The translations under genes were made by a program, and so were the position numbers. Positions 63,668 through 64,000 of a stretch of 64,000 nt of DNA are shown one piece after another; positions within the stretch are counted from its first letter, which is position 1; every line of letters starts with the position of its first letter. A model generated the notes under the pieces. That model saw only the letters and a program-made list of their open reading frames with translations, made no database searches and was not told the DNA's origin. The DNA is from Octopus sinensis (Eukaryota): positions 57,164,001 to 57,228,000 of the forward strand of contig NC_043006.1 in the NCBI RefSeq assembly GCF_006345805.1, written 5' to 3'.

Positions 63668-64000
63668 GTAAGCAAAACACACGCACTATGTATGTATGAC
63701 CGATAATATGCATATGTGTCTATACACACCTACATATTTATCGTTATGTACGAGTTGTAAAATATGTACATATATATATACATTTATACAGTGCAAGGGT
63801 TACCTGATGTAGAACTCAATACGTTGGTTAGAGTGAAGAGTTATATATATTTTTACAAAAGTCGACAGTCTGTTCGGTGTGTGTGTGTGTATCTGTGTGT
63901 AAGAGAGGGAGAGAGACAGTGCGCGCGCGCGCGTGTGTGTAAGAGAGAGAGAGGATGAAAGAAAAAAGAGAGAAAGAAAATAAAGTGGTAGCGAGAGGTA

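Overview
AT-rich eukaryotic genomic DNA, most likely a coleoid cephalopod such as Octopus. This is inferred from the tRNA-derived SINE families and microsatellite density, not from a database search. No prokaryotic features, rRNA, true tRNA or CRISPR are visible. Most of the window is transposon debris: several SINE families, RTE, CR1-like, L1/Tx1 and R4/Dong LINE fragments, a deleted Ty3/gypsy element with short LTRs, mariner/Tc1 remnants, and pogo-, hAT-, piggyBac- and Helitron-type non-autonomous elements. The best host-gene signal is a minus-strand promoter plus first coding exon (MADIVGLTPSILAGFDKYK, then a GTATGT donor) present twice, 33.1 kb apart (3783-3839 and 36914-36970), with a ~250 bp identical core. 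CpG looks depleted at ~1-2750 and ~5600-34850, downstream of each copy, as expected for methylated gene bodies. I could not identify the protein, and the internal exons are only weak candidates. A possible signal-peptide first exon of a plus-strand gene lies at 63550-63667. Nearly all short ORFs in the supplied track are microsatellite or repeat artefacts. Alignments were done by eye, so repeat boundaries are approximate.
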